From positions 940-64,939 of the IMG/VR virus record IMGVR_UViG_3300001847_000332: DNA of 64,000 bases, one strand, 5' to 3'. Position numbers and translations under genes: made by a program. How positions within the stretch are numbered: position 1 is the first letter of the stretch; the number at the start of each line of letters is the position of its first letter. Below, one piece after another: positions 53,226-63,119 of the stretch. Below the pieces are notes generated by a model. The model did not search any database. It was not told where the DNA came from and saw only the letters and a list, made by a program, of their open reading frames with translations. Source of the stretch: a virus (taxonomy: Duplodnaviria > Caudoviricetes).

Positions 53226-56200
53226 TTACTTCTTACCCAAGTAAATCTGTTTGGCTTCGCGCAGCCAGCTGAGCTGCTCGTTAATCATTTTCTCCACCTC
53301 CTGCTTGGCCTTGAGTCGTTCTGCAGAGTTCGGGATTTCTCTCTCGCCGTTCGGGCTTTCGAGGAAAGTGATGTACTGCCGTTGTTGCGCCAGTTGAGTC
53401 AGCGCGATGTTTGTCATGGCAGCCAGCGTGAGCTCAGCTTCATGCGCCTTGGCGTACTCAACCGCCCGTTCCGCGTCGTTTTTGGAAAGATCGTCCAGCG
53501 CCCGCTTATAGGGTGCGACCTTGTTCACCAAGTCGTAGAACTCTTCCTTCGGCCCGGTTGGCACATCCGGCAGCAGATACTGACCAATAAACCAGTACTG
53601 GCTCAGCGGGCGATCAATCTTGCCCGGGTTGATAAGCTGGTCGGTCAGCATGTTAGACAGCGGCACCGCCCCACCAAAATACCCACGCAAGGTGTTGTCG
53701 ATGACAATCGGAGAAATCTCCACGCCCATCGTCTCAGACGCCCAGCGACCGATAGCTTTAGCTAGCTCGCTTGTGGACGATACTGCCTGCATACCTGCCG
53801 GAAGGTTGGCCTTGTAAATGCCTGTGAGCGGACGCCCCGTCACGAACGAGTAATTCAGCACTCCCTCAATGATTGGCTTCACTGCCTGCGGAACTGGCGT
53901 CATACGCCCGCCAATTGGCGAGTATTGCGTGAACGCATACGACAGCGCCGACTTCACAGCCTCGCTGGCAAGCTGCTCCTGCGGGGTATCCAGCCGGGAC
54001 ATGTAGCTAATAACAGTCTCAACCGGCACCTTGAACAGCGCGGCCATATCGCTGGGTACCGGCAGTCTTTTGCCGCCTACAATCCAGTTGTCCGAACGCG
54101 TACGCAAGTCCTGCTTTTCGTATTCATCATCTCCGGTATTGGCCAGCGCGTACAGGACACTAAAGCCCACCATTTTGGCCGCCTGCGTCCAAAACAGCCG
54201 GGCCGCCGTACGTCTATCAACCGACGCTGAGCCCCTGCCAGTCATACTGCGCAGCAATACATCACTGGCTTGGATGTACGCGTTGAAGAACGGGATAGTC
54301 GCCACGGCGCTGCCGATAGTTTGGCTGGCTCCACGCCTGCGGAAATTGATGAACTCCCGAGCCCGAGTGAGTGCAAGTGCTTCGTCCTTGGACTCCTTGA
54401 TTGTGCGGTCGTAAATAGCCTTACGAATGGCCAAGTCCGACGCACGGGTCAGCGACTCAAGGCGATGATGCAGCTCGCGCAGGGGTTTACGTTTGGAGTA
54501 ACCCAAGTTAAACAGCGCCACTTCGGTCGGATTGCTGGGGTTGTAGTCGACTTCACCAACCAAGCCCTTTTCCGCAAACCGTTTGGTGAACTCATGGTTT
54601 TTGCCGAAGATCAGCTCATGCGTACCGATGCGCAGGAAGTTGGTGATGGCTGGAATAATCAGCAACGACGGGTGTTTCACACCTGATGTGATAAATGCCC
54701 GTTGGATGTCATCCGTCACCTGCTTGGCCACAAACGGAGGCATGACGGTCACAATCCGGCGCAGGATTTGAGACACTGCAGCAAACACCTTGGTGATTGC
54801 CATCTTGGGGCCTTGCATGTCTTTGAAGGCCCGCATATCCCAGTGCGACCGCACCTCGTAGTAATACTCCCGTCCGTTGCGGTAGGCTGCCACCACATTG
54901 TTTGGGTTGGTAAGCCCAGACTTAGTGTACCCAAGCTCTTTAGCCTGCCCGATGTCCGCCAGCAGTTTGAGCGTTGTGGCATTGGCATCCTGCCTCAGCG
55001 TTTGCTTTAGCATCCACGTCATCAGCTTGGCGTGGTTATCAACCACGTTGCCAACTTCCATTCGAGTCGTGCCTTTAAACATCGGCAACGATCCGAGCTG
55101 GGCAAGGCCTCGGCCAGCACTGCGCTTGGGGGTGAACTTATCGAAGAACTTATCGATACGATCAAACGGCACATACCCTGACGCTTCTTTCCACTGATCG
55201 GCTACTTCTTTGCTGATACGTCCAACTGAAACCAGCTTGTCAATCATGTGGAATCGCTGCTGGTCCATCATCTTGAGGATTTCTTTTACTTCCGGGTTGG
55301 CCTCAAGGCCGCGCAGGGCGATGGCGATTTGTTCTTCCGCAGAACGCGGGTCAGCTTTAGCCAGCTTGTGAATTGGGAATACGGCTTCCTTTTCCGCTTT
55401 GTTGACCTTGACCATCTCATTCAAGCGCACCGCTTCCATCATTTTGGAAGTTTCAGCATACGCCTGCTCGAACGTCATGCCTTTAGCGTCACCCCAGTTC
55501 TTAACAGCAGCGAGCACGTCCGCGATGGAGGAGACGTTTTTGGTTCGCTTCACTACCCACTCGCCAAGCGTCGCGTCCTTCTCCATATCACCGTTTTCAA
55601 TGAACGCATTGAACATCTTTTCCGCGTCCGCGGCTTGGCGGATCAACAACTCAGGATTGGTAAGCCCGGTAATGTTATCCCGCACATTGCCGTCAAACAG
55701 GATATTGAGGCGATTAACAACCGATGCGTACGCATCCGCAATCTCCGTGCGGAACCGAGTTACAAACGGAACGTCATCCTTCTCAAGGAAGATGCGGCTT
55801 GCTGAGCGGATCATGCGCCCCGCAGGCCCGGGCTGGTCTTTCATCAGCTCGCTCTTCTCAGCGATGCCCTCGGTGGGGCTTACCGCGCGAGATGGTTGGG
55901 CAGTGGTGTCGACAGTGCCAGACCACACAACCGGTTTAGCCGGACCCATGTTATTGAGGAATTCGGCTACTGATTTAGCCGGAGCAAACCGCTGCCCTGT
56001 AACGGCAGCAACCAAAGCCCGAAGCTTGTCCGCGACAGACTTGAAGAACTTTTCAACGACTGAAACAGGTCGTTCGTCCGTGGTAGCCCACTTGGAAACG
56101 TTGTCAGCAAACCATTCGCTGAAGGATGTCCAGTACGGCGATAGCAGTTTGGCTTCAACCTCTTTACCCACTGTCGCCGCATGCGATTCAGCTGTTTCAC

Positions 56201-59200
56201 GGTTGCGCAAGGATTCAATCACTTCCTTGGCGGACGCGCCTTTAGTCGTCTGCAGCCACTGTTCGTACTCAGTTTTGATGGCAGCTTTAACATCGCTCGA
56301 AGCATTGTCGTACGACACGCGCTGAATGAGATGCCCCAACTCATGCGCAATGGTTTCCAGCGTACGCGCTTCGGACAATCCGGGGCGGAGCGAAATGTAA
56401 AAACTGTCGCGCTTGGGGCCGTACGCGCGAAGTGACCCGTCCTCGCCGGGGTCCATACCCGCGGATTGGGCGGAGGCATACTCCGCGTACAGCTTGTACT
56501 TATCAATAGCCCCTTCGGCTTTGACATCTTCCGGGTGCAACAAAAACACCTTGATGTCGCCAAGCCCAAGGTCTTGCATGAGTGCTGCCAAGTAGCCCGA
56601 ATAGCGGCTGTCCACCGTTTCGCTGGCGACAACATTACTCTTGGCGTTGGTAAACGGCCCATCCGGGTTTGCTCGCAAGTTAGCCGCTTCTTCCGCAACC
56701 AAACGAGCTTTGGCAGCTCTAAGGCGCTTGGCAAGCTCAGGCGAAAGTTTGCTATCGAGCAGTTTGGAATCTACATCTATCCGATACCGTCCGGTCAGTT
56801 CTACCGGGGCATAAACGTACTGCCCCGTTAGAGCACTAAACCCGCGAAGCAATGCTCCTTCTTCATCGGAGTACACCACTTTGCCAGCGACATCTGGCTC
56901 AAACTTGGTAGCCCATTCCGGGTGCTTGTCGCTTTCCCCAAACACAGCGGACGGCTCTTCAACTTCCGTGGGCTTAGCAACAACCGGCTCCGCTTTACGC
57001 TTAGCTTCTTTTTTTGCTTTGGCTTCTTCCGCCTTTTTGGCAACGGCAGCTTCACGCTCGGCTTTAGCTTTTTCAGCCTTGGCTTTCTTGGCAGTGGCAG
57101 CTTCGGCTTTAGATGTTCTTAGGTCCGTAATCTTATTGCCCGCGTGCATACCTGCGTAGGCTTCATACCCGGGTACATCTTCCCGCGATTGCCACAATTC
57201 CAGCGGATACCGCCCAACAGCGGGTTCGGTATGATACGGAATGTTTTTGTTTGTATCCGAGGTGCCAAATTTTCCGGTTTTTGGGGTAGCCCAAACCAAA
57301 GTGGCAAGCCCGTTTTTCAAGACAACTCGGGCGTTTTTCATGTCAGATACGCCAGCCGCGCTTAACCTTGAGGCATCCGCATCAAGGTAGATTGTTTTTA
57401 CACTGCGCGGCTTAGCCCCAAAGTCTCCTTCATGTCCGACATCGGCACGGGCGGCCTTGGTCCGTAGGGTTGTGCCGTCCGCGTACACCTTATAGGTAGA
57501 CCCTTTGGCTGTAGTAAATTCTGCGGTATGTGGTTCTAGTGCAGGGGCAGGCTTGCCTTCAAGCTCAACTGCTGCTGGAGCAACTCGTCCAGCAGGTACC
57601 ACTCCACGTCCGACAGACTCTCCAGCTCTGGGGGCAGGGGTTGCGGGCGGTGCGACTGCAGGCTCGCTAGGTACGCCCACGCGAGGCTTACCTTCTCCGG
57701 GGGCAGGTCTAAATGCAGGTACTGCTGGTTGTGGGAAGAGCGCATCAAACACCTCCGCTTTGGAAGAACCTTCCGTGAGTTTAAGGGCCTTGCGGGCTTC
57801 CGGCGCGGCCGCAGGTGCCATCTCCGTCAGCTTGCGCAGGAACGGTCGGTTCTTAGCATTGGCTGCCCACGTCAACGTTTCGGGCCGTACGCCGGCTTCC
57901 GTGAGTTTGTTGATGGTTGGCTGGAGTTCCGCCGGTACAGCGCGTTTAGGCGCCAGCGTAGGTTCCGGCACAGGTTCAGTTGGCGCCGACACTTCCGCTT
58001 CCGGCGCCGTAAAATCCAGCCGTTGCTGCCCACGCCGTTCCATCTGCTCCGCGGTCAACGGTGCGGTGGGAGCAGCTTCTTCAGCTTTGGCTTTCTTGAT
58101 CCCGGCTTCTTTGAGTTCTGTAGGCGTGAACAACCTACCCTGCCCGGCAGCGGTATACCCGCGCGGAGTGAGCGCCGCACGGAGCGGCTGGATGCGATCT
58201 TTTAGTTCTGCAAGCCGCTCTTTTAGCTGCGCCGTTTGGGGGGATAACTCTTTAAGCCGTTTGAATTCCTGTTCATAATCACTTAACGTACGCGCGTCTT
58301 CCAACGGCAACTGCAATTGTTCCGCAGGAGGCGCAACTTCCGCCGGAATAGGCTCTGCCGGAGCCGCCGCTTCTTTGGGCCGTTTAATGCCCGCTAACTC
58401 TTCAGGCGAAAACAGCTGCGCTTGCCCCTCCACGGTATAGCCCCGCGGTGCCGCGGCTTCCTGTGCTTCCTTAGCACGTGCTGCCAGCACACGCTGCTGC
58501 GCTTCTTCTCGAGCCCGTGCTGCAGGCTCAGCCCGTGCGCCACCACGCAAGCCGCTAACCGCGCCAACACCGCCACCCAACCCGGCAGCACCCAGCGCTG
58601 CCATAGCCCCAGTCTCACCCAGCTTCTCAGTCAGGCGCTGTGTGGGGTCAATCGTACGCAGGGCAATGTTCTCGGCCAGCCGGCCGCCAACTTCTTCAGG
58701 GATTTCACCTAAGGTCTCACCTGCGGCTGTGCTGACCGCACCTCGAAACACTCCGGGGGCGGCTCTACCAGCAAGCGCCTCCTCAAGGCGGCTAGCCCCG
58801 GGCAGGTTCTGCGCCAACCATGAAATAACGCCTGCGCTAGCCCCAGCACCACGGGCGAGGTTGATAGCTTGTGCAGCAGCTTCCGGCTCCGGCGTGCCTT
58901 GCCTCACCAGTTTGTCATACGCTGCGGCATAGGTATCCGCCCCGATGTCCGCGCCTTGCATAGCCGCGCCTACGCCTTTAGCGGCAACTGCCCCGGCTTT
59001 GATCGCCGCTTCGCGAGCGGCAACTTCCTCAACGCCTTTGGCCAGCCCACGCCGCAATGCAGCGCGACCTACACCAGCCGCGGCTCCGCCCGGAACAATA
59101 AGCTGGGGAGCTTGCTTGGCAAGGAACCCTAGCAACAACCCCGGATCAGTTACCGTTTCTCCAAGGGCTGTACCGAAAGCCTGCAGCTCCCCAGTCTTTT

Positions 59201-59546
59201 CCGCTTCAGCAATCTTGGCAGCACGCGCAGCTTCTCGAGCTTTATAGCCGGGCGACATAGCTTCTTCCGCGGCTTTCTCTGTGCGCTTACCCCAGCCATA
59301 CAGCCCCGTCTCGCCAAAGTCGCCAGTGGCCAGCCCATACAACTGCCCCGGAAACTGCGCTAGTGCGCCAATGCCGCCTTTGAACTGCTTGCCAATGTCG
59401 GACACAGCTTCGCCAGTTGTGCGCTCGGTCGATGCAGGTTTGGCTCCTTGCTTATGGGTTGTATACGCCCATTGCCAAGCGGTGTTTTCATCAGGGGCAT
59501 CTACTTCATACTCAGCCCCTTCAACGGTCACGTCATATGTCGGCAT
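53226..59546 (-). CDS. large polyvalent ejection protein (zincin-like HExxH + LPD38-like C-terminus)
   Basis: 2106 aa; IAHELGH...FSEWFAD; INFRRRG...PFFNAYIQ...TGRP. Confidence 0.75.
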   Translation of the reverse strand: MPTYDVTVEGAEYEVDAPDENTAWQWAYTTHKQGAKPASTERTTGEAVSDIGKQFKGGIGALAQFPGQLYGLATGDFGETGLYGWGKRTEKAAEEAMSPGYKAREAARAAKIAEAEKTGELQAFGTALGETVTDPGLLLGFLAKQAPQLIVPGGAAAGVGRAALRRGLAKGVEEVAAREAAIKAGAVAAKGVGAAMQGADIGADTYAAAYDKLVRQGTPEPEAAAQAINLARGAGASAGVISWLAQNLPGASRLEEALAGRAAPGVFRGAVSTAAGETLGEIPEEVGGRLAENIALRTIDPTQRLTEKLGETGAMAALGAAGLGGGVGAVSGLRGGARAEPAARAREEAQQRVLAARAKEAQEAAAPRGYTVEGQAQLFSPEELAGIKRPKEAAAPAEPIPAEVAPPAEQLQLPLEDARTLSDYEQEFKRLKELSPQTAQLKERLAELKDRIQPLRAALTPRGYTAAGQGRLFTPTELKEAGIKKAKAEEAAPTAPLTAEQMERRGQQRLDFTAPEAEVSAPTEPVPEPTLAPKRAVPAELQPTINKLTEAGVRPETLTWAANAKNRPFLRKLTEMAPAAAPEARKALKLTEGSSKAEVFDALFPQPAVPAFRPAPGEGKPRVGVPSEPAVAPPATPAPRAGESVGRGVVPAGRVAPAAVELEGKPAPALEPHTAEFTTAKGSTYKVYADGTTLRTKAARADVGHEGDFGAKPRSVKTIYLDADASRLSAAGVSDMKNARVVLKNGLATLVWATPKTGKFGTSDTNKNIPYHTEPAVGRYPLELWQSREDVPGYEAYAGMHAGNKITDLRTSKAEAATAKKAKAEKAKAEREAAVAKKAEEAKAKKEAKRKAEPVVAKPTEVEEPSAVFGESDKHPEWATKFEPDVAGKVVYSDEEGALLRGFSALTGQYVYAPVELTGRYRIDVDSKLLDSKLSPELAKRLRAAKARLVAEEAANLRANPDGPFTNAKSNVVASETVDSRYSGYLAALMQDLGLGDIKVFLLHPEDVKAEGAIDKYKLYAEYASAQSAGMDPGEDGSLRAYGPKRDSFYISLRPGLSEARTLETIAHELGHLIQRVSYDNASSDVKAAIKTEYEQWLQTTKGASAKEVIESLRNRETAESHAATVGKEVEAKLLSPYWTSFSEWFADNVSKWATTDERPVSVVEKFFKSVADKLRALVAAVTGQRFAPAKSVAEFLNNMGPAKPVVWSGTVDTTAQPSRAVSPTEGIAEKSELMKDQPGPAGRMIRSASRIFLEKDDVPFVTRFRTEIADAYASVVNRLNILFDGNVRDNITGLTNPELLIRQAADAEKMFNAFIENGDMEKDATLGEWVVKRTKNVSSIADVLAAVKNWGDAKGMTFEQAYAETSKMMEAVRLNEMVKVNKAEKEAVFPIHKLAKADPRSAEEQIAIALRGLEANPEVKEILKMMDQQRFHMIDKLVSVGRISKEVADQWKEASGYVPFDRIDKFFDKFTPKRSAGRGLAQLGSLPMFKGTTRMEVGNVVDNHAKLMTWMLKQTLRQDANATTLKLLADIGQAKELGYTKSGLTNPNNVVAAYRNGREYYYEVRSHWDMRAFKDMQGPKMAITKVFAAVSQILRRIVTVMPPFVAKQVTDDIQRAFITSGVKHPSLLIIPAITNFLRIGTHELIFGKNHEFTKRFAEKGLVGEVDYNPSNPTEVALFNLGYSKRKPLRELHHRLESLTRASDLAIRKAIYDRTIKESKDEALALTRAREFINFRRRGASQTIGSAVATIPFFNAYIQASDVLLRSMTGRGSASVDRRTAARLFWTQAAKMVGFSVLYALANTGDDEYEKQDLRTRSDNWIVGGKRLPVPSDMAALFKVPVETVISYMSRLDTPQEQLASEAVKSALSYAFTQYSPIGGRMTPVPQAVKPIIEGVLNYSFVTGRPLTGIYKANLPAGMQAVSSTSELAKAIGRWASETMGVEISPIVIDNTLRGYFGGAVPLSNMLTDQLINPGKIDRPLSQYWFIGQYLLPDVPTGPKEEFYDLVNKVAPYKRALDDLSKNDAERAVEYAKAHEAELTLAAMTNIALTQLAQQRQYITFLESPNGEREIPNSAERLKAKQEVEKMINEQLSWLREAKQIYLGKK

Positions 59547-59549
59547 CGG

Positions 59550-61373
59550 TTAGCCTTTCGTTTTTGGACGAACAGCACCCGGAGGGGCGGGAGGAACGGC
59601 GGCTCCGCCAGCAGAGGCGATTCCGGCGTTAGTCACCAAATCTTGTACGCTTTGTGGGGTAGCCAACGCGGCTTTTAGCAGTTGAACATGCCGTTTTTCT
59701 ACTTCTCGCTGTCTAAACTGCTCTGGCGAAAGACCCGCTTTTTGTGCTTGTGTTTGCGCAATAAATAACCCAGATTTAGGATCGGCTAAATCTTTCTCAT
59801 ACATTTTTTCCGCATCAAGCCTAATTTTTTCTTGTTGTGCCGGAGTCAAGGTATTTCGCGCAAGGTCTTTGATTTGAGCATTAAGTACTGCAATGTCCGC
59901 GCGAGTATCCGCCCCATACTTTGCAGCTTCATAAGAGCCAACGGTTTGCGCAGATTTACTACGCTCTTCAAGCGCTTGCTTGCGTGCTTCCTCACCCTTG
60001 CCATAAGCCGTCTCGGCTTGAGTAATCTTGCCTGAAGCTTGAGCTTCACGAAGCTTCTGCAGCTGGTCCTCAAGTGCAGCGCGTGCGGTCATTTGCTCCT
60101 GTTGGTAGTTACGTCCAGCTCTGCCTGCGGAGCCCAACACTTCTCCGATAGTGCGCCCTTGAGCGCCTGACAACCATGCCCCCAGAGGGTCCTGCATCGC
60201 CTGTTGCTGACGCATGCGCTCCTGAAGCGCCTCGAGTCCTTGCTGCTGCACCTTAGCTTGTTCAGCGTAAAGCGGGTCAAAGCGTTTGGAATACGCTGCT
60301 TCGCGAGCAGTGGCTACATCTTCTGGTTTAACTCCAAGCGCTTCGGTTTGCGACTTTTCGAAGGCTTGTTGCAGCGCGGAGGGAGCTGCTTGTTGGCCCA
60401 AAGCTCCGGCAATGCCGGGTTGGGGGGCTGCCGGGCCAACGCCCGGAGCCATATTGGGAGCCCCAGCAGGTGCCGCACCTTCTCTGCGAGTAGGCAATTC
60501 CAAACCTGCTGAGATACCTGCTCCACCCGGCGCCGGCAAGGGACCTGCAGGAAGCGTCTGCGGTCCGGGCACTAGGCCTTGAGGTTCGGTTGGCGGTGCT
60601 GCTTGCGCTTGCGGTGCGGGCTGTTCCGCAGGCTGTGCGGCTTGCGATTCAGTAGTTGGGCGGATTACCCCTTCAGCGGTACGCATTTTCCCAGTAACAA
60701 ACGCTTCTGGATTAGCTTTGAACGCCGCAAACAGTTGGGGGTTATCAACCAGCTCGCGATAGTTTGACTGAATATATTTACGAACCGCGGTTTTTACGTC
60801 GTATTGTTCAGCCGGCAACGTGAATGCGCCTTGGAAGGGCCCAAGGTCGTACTGAGCTTGGATACCCGCGAGCTCTTCTCTACGCCTACGCCGAGCTTCT
60901 TCTTCTGCAGATGGAGGCGCAACGCTGAACAACGATTTAAGCCCGCGCGTAAACGCTGTTTCATCGCTTTTTACTTCGGAACCGCCCGGACCTGCAAACG
61001 CCACGATGCCGCCCGAGGCCATAGCTTGCGCTGGCATCATGTTAGGGGACGGAGCTTGGGCGATGCCGGTCTGTGCAGCACGCTGCAGGTTCTCGCGTTG
61101 CTGCTGGGCTTGCTGCTGGGCCACTTGGCCCACGCGCTGCGCGACTTCTTGCTTGGTCATGTCGAGCACTTGCTGCTCGCGTTGTTGGGCCACCGTGGGC
61201 ATCTGGCCCGGAGCGCCCATTTGCATCTGCCGAGCGGCGGCTTCTTTTTCAGATTTAAGCTTCTGCAAAGCCAATAGGTCGATGAGCTGCTGAGACTGGG
61301 CGTAACGCTGCATCAGCGCTTGCGGGTTGCCACGATAGGCATCCATACGATTTTGGATTTCTTGATCGATCAT
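59550..61373 (-). CDS. internal virion/ejection protein
   Basis: 607 aa, Gln/Ala/Pro-rich; MASGGIVAF motif. Confidence 0.7.
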   Translation of the reverse strand: MIDQEIQNRMDAYRGNPQALMQRYAQSQQLIDLLALQKLKSEKEAAARQMQMGAPGQMPTVAQQREQQVLDMTKQEVAQRVGQVAQQQAQQQRENLQRAAQTGIAQAPSPNMMPAQAMASGGIVAFAGPGGSEVKSDETAFTRGLKSLFSVAPPSAEEEARRRRREELAGIQAQYDLGPFQGAFTLPAEQYDVKTAVRKYIQSNYRELVDNPQLFAAFKANPEAFVTGKMRTAEGVIRPTTESQAAQPAEQPAPQAQAAPPTEPQGLVPGPQTLPAGPLPAPGGAGISAGLELPTRREGAAPAGAPNMAPGVGPAAPQPGIAGALGQQAAPSALQQAFEKSQTEALGVKPEDVATAREAAYSKRFDPLYAEQAKVQQQGLEALQERMRQQQAMQDPLGAWLSGAQGRTIGEVLGSAGRAGRNYQQEQMTARAALEDQLQKLREAQASGKITQAETAYGKGEEARKQALEERSKSAQTVGSYEAAKYGADTRADIAVLNAQIKDLARNTLTPAQQEKIRLDAEKMYEKDLADPKSGLFIAQTQAQKAGLSPEQFRQREVEKRHVQLLKAALATPQSVQDLVTNAGIASAGGAAVPPAPPGAVRPKTKG

Positions 61374-61383
61374 GGCTTAGTCC

Positions 61384-62241
61384 TTACTTGGCAGGTGTTG
61401 TGCTGGGGAACAGCATGTCATACAGCTGACGAATACCGCCGGCGCTCTGCAGAATCTCTGCCAGCGCGCTAGGCTGCTGGTATGTAGTGGTCTGAGCTTG
61501 AAGTGGCAGCCCTTGGAGCAGCGATTGTTGATACTGCACCTGCTTGTACGGGAAGTCGCGTTCTTCCTCGAACGCTGCTTTCTCCGCAGCGATGCCTTCG
61601 CCTGTGATGCCGCGCTGGACTCCACCAAGTTCAGCTTGTTTAGCCAGCAACCCAAGGCCGTACTGATTGGCTTGGTTCCGCGCCTCCATCTGGCGCTGCT
61701 GCTCGACGTTGAACTGCTGTTGGCCTTGCTCATATGCACGCTGATAGCCTTGGCCGGTGATGTTAGCCAAGTTCTGCAACAGGTTGCGGTTGCCCTCCGA
61801 CTCCATCACCGCTTGGCGGCTGCCGCCGTAGGCACCGGCCTTGGTCAGCCGTGCGGCATCCTGTATGCGCTGAATCTGCGCTTGGCGGCGGGCTTCGTCA
61901 ATCTGCGGCTGCAAGGAAGCCTGCAGGTAAGGGCTCATGTACTGCTGCGCAGTGCCTTGAGCGGTAAACGTGCCCGGCTGATAGGCCCCCATCTGCTGAG
62001 GTACAGCAAGCCCAGCAAGCCCTTGGAACGCCTGCTGCTGCAGCTGGCTAGCGCCCGCAGTAAGGGGGCCTTCGTAGGCTTGATACGGCGTGCTGGCCAG
62101 AGCCTGCCCTTTGCCAAGCATGCTAGTTACATAAGGCCCAACCCAGTTGGACAAAGAGGATTCAGTGCCGACCGGCAACTGCGTAGTAGTGCCGGTACCG
62201 GTGGTGCCGGTGGATGTAGTCGTAGGAGTCGTGGTCGCCAT
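61384..62241 (-). CDS. DNA transfer/pilot-like internal virion protein
   Basis: 285 aa; YMSPY, AGAYGGSRQA, YPYKQ-like motifs; Gln-rich. Confidence 0.7.
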   Translation of the reverse strand: MATTTPTTTSTGTTGTGTTTQLPVGTESSLSNWVGPYVTSMLGKGQALASTPYQAYEGPLTAGASQLQQQAFQGLAGLAVPQQMGAYQPGTFTAQGTAQQYMSPYLQASLQPQIDEARRQAQIQRIQDAARLTKAGAYGGSRQAVMESEGNRNLLQNLANITGQGYQRAYEQGQQQFNVEQQRQMEARNQANQYGLGLLAKQAELGGVQRGITGEGIAAEKAAFEEERDFPYKQVQYQQSLLQGLPLQAQTTTYQQPSALAEILQSAGGIRQLYDMLFPSTTPAK

Positions 62242-62248
62242 TCTTAAC

Positions 62249-63118
62249 TCACTTGGGAAGGAATTTATTGGGGTTGATCTGTTTGCCCTGTTGTTTTGTG
62301 CCGGTGCGGGCTTTACGGATGCGATCCATCATCTCGTACAACCGCTGCGCACCCGCTTCCGAATTGCCATTCCCGAGATGGCTTACCACGTCTGCAGGGA
62401 CCACAAATTCGCCGTCGCTAAGTTTGGCAGGTTGCTTGCCGTCAATATGCGCGGGTACTTCGTCCGCCATACCATCGGTCTTACCGCCCAGATAATACCC
62501 GCCTGTGATTCCACCTTCAGCATATTGAGGTGCGGGTCGCGCAGCATTGAGCTGGGCGAGTCCTGCGGCTTGCTGCGCGGCAGATTGTTGTGCCGCTGCT
62601 GCTTGCTCGGGCGCGACATATTGCACATCAGAGAAGTACCTACGGCCGCCAGCACCCGGGCGGTGGGCTCCAGACTGCGGAACCTGTTCGCGCACCGCGG
62701 TCAGCGCAGGGATTTTTCCTTGGTACCCGACTTTTTCTGCGGGCTTATTCATTTTTGTGCCGAGTAATCCGGCAAGGCCTCCGCCGATGGTGGCGATGTT
62801 TTTCCAATTCGGGTCCCCGGTTTTTTCATCAAAAAATACTTTGTTTCCAAACTTTTTGATTGCGGAAAAAATTCCGTCTAACCCTCCGGGAGTACTGACA
62901 TCCCCTCCAGTAGCTGTGTTGGCGTACAAATAATCCAGCATTGGGCCGTACGATGTGCCGCTTGGCAGCGTTATATTAGACCAGTCAATGTTAGGCGTAT
63001 CCGATCCATACACGGGAATTTGAATATCAAGGTTTGGGTTGTCTGGTGTAGACATATCGTAGCCGGAGCTACCGCCCGCGGAGGACGACCCGTAATACCC
63101 ATAATCTTCTAATGCCAT
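62249..63118 (-). CDS. internal virion protein
   Basis: 289 aa; YAEGG followed by a DGMADEVPA...LSDGEFVVPADVVS domain. Confidence 0.7.
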   Translation of the reverse strand: MALEDYGYYGSSSAGGSSGYDMSTPDNPNLDIQIPVYGSDTPNIDWSNITLPSGTSYGPMLDYLYANTATGGDVSTPGGLDGIFSAIKKFGNKVFFDEKTGDPNWKNIATIGGGLAGLLGTKMNKPAEKVGYQGKIPALTAVREQVPQSGAHRPGAGGRRYFSDVQYVAPEQAAAAQQSAAQQAAGLAQLNAARPAPQYAEGGITGGYYLGGKTDGMADEVPAHIDGKQPAKLSDGEFVVPADVVSHLGNGNSEAGAQRLYEMMDRIRKARTGTKQQGKQINPNKFLPK

Positions 63119-63119
63119 A

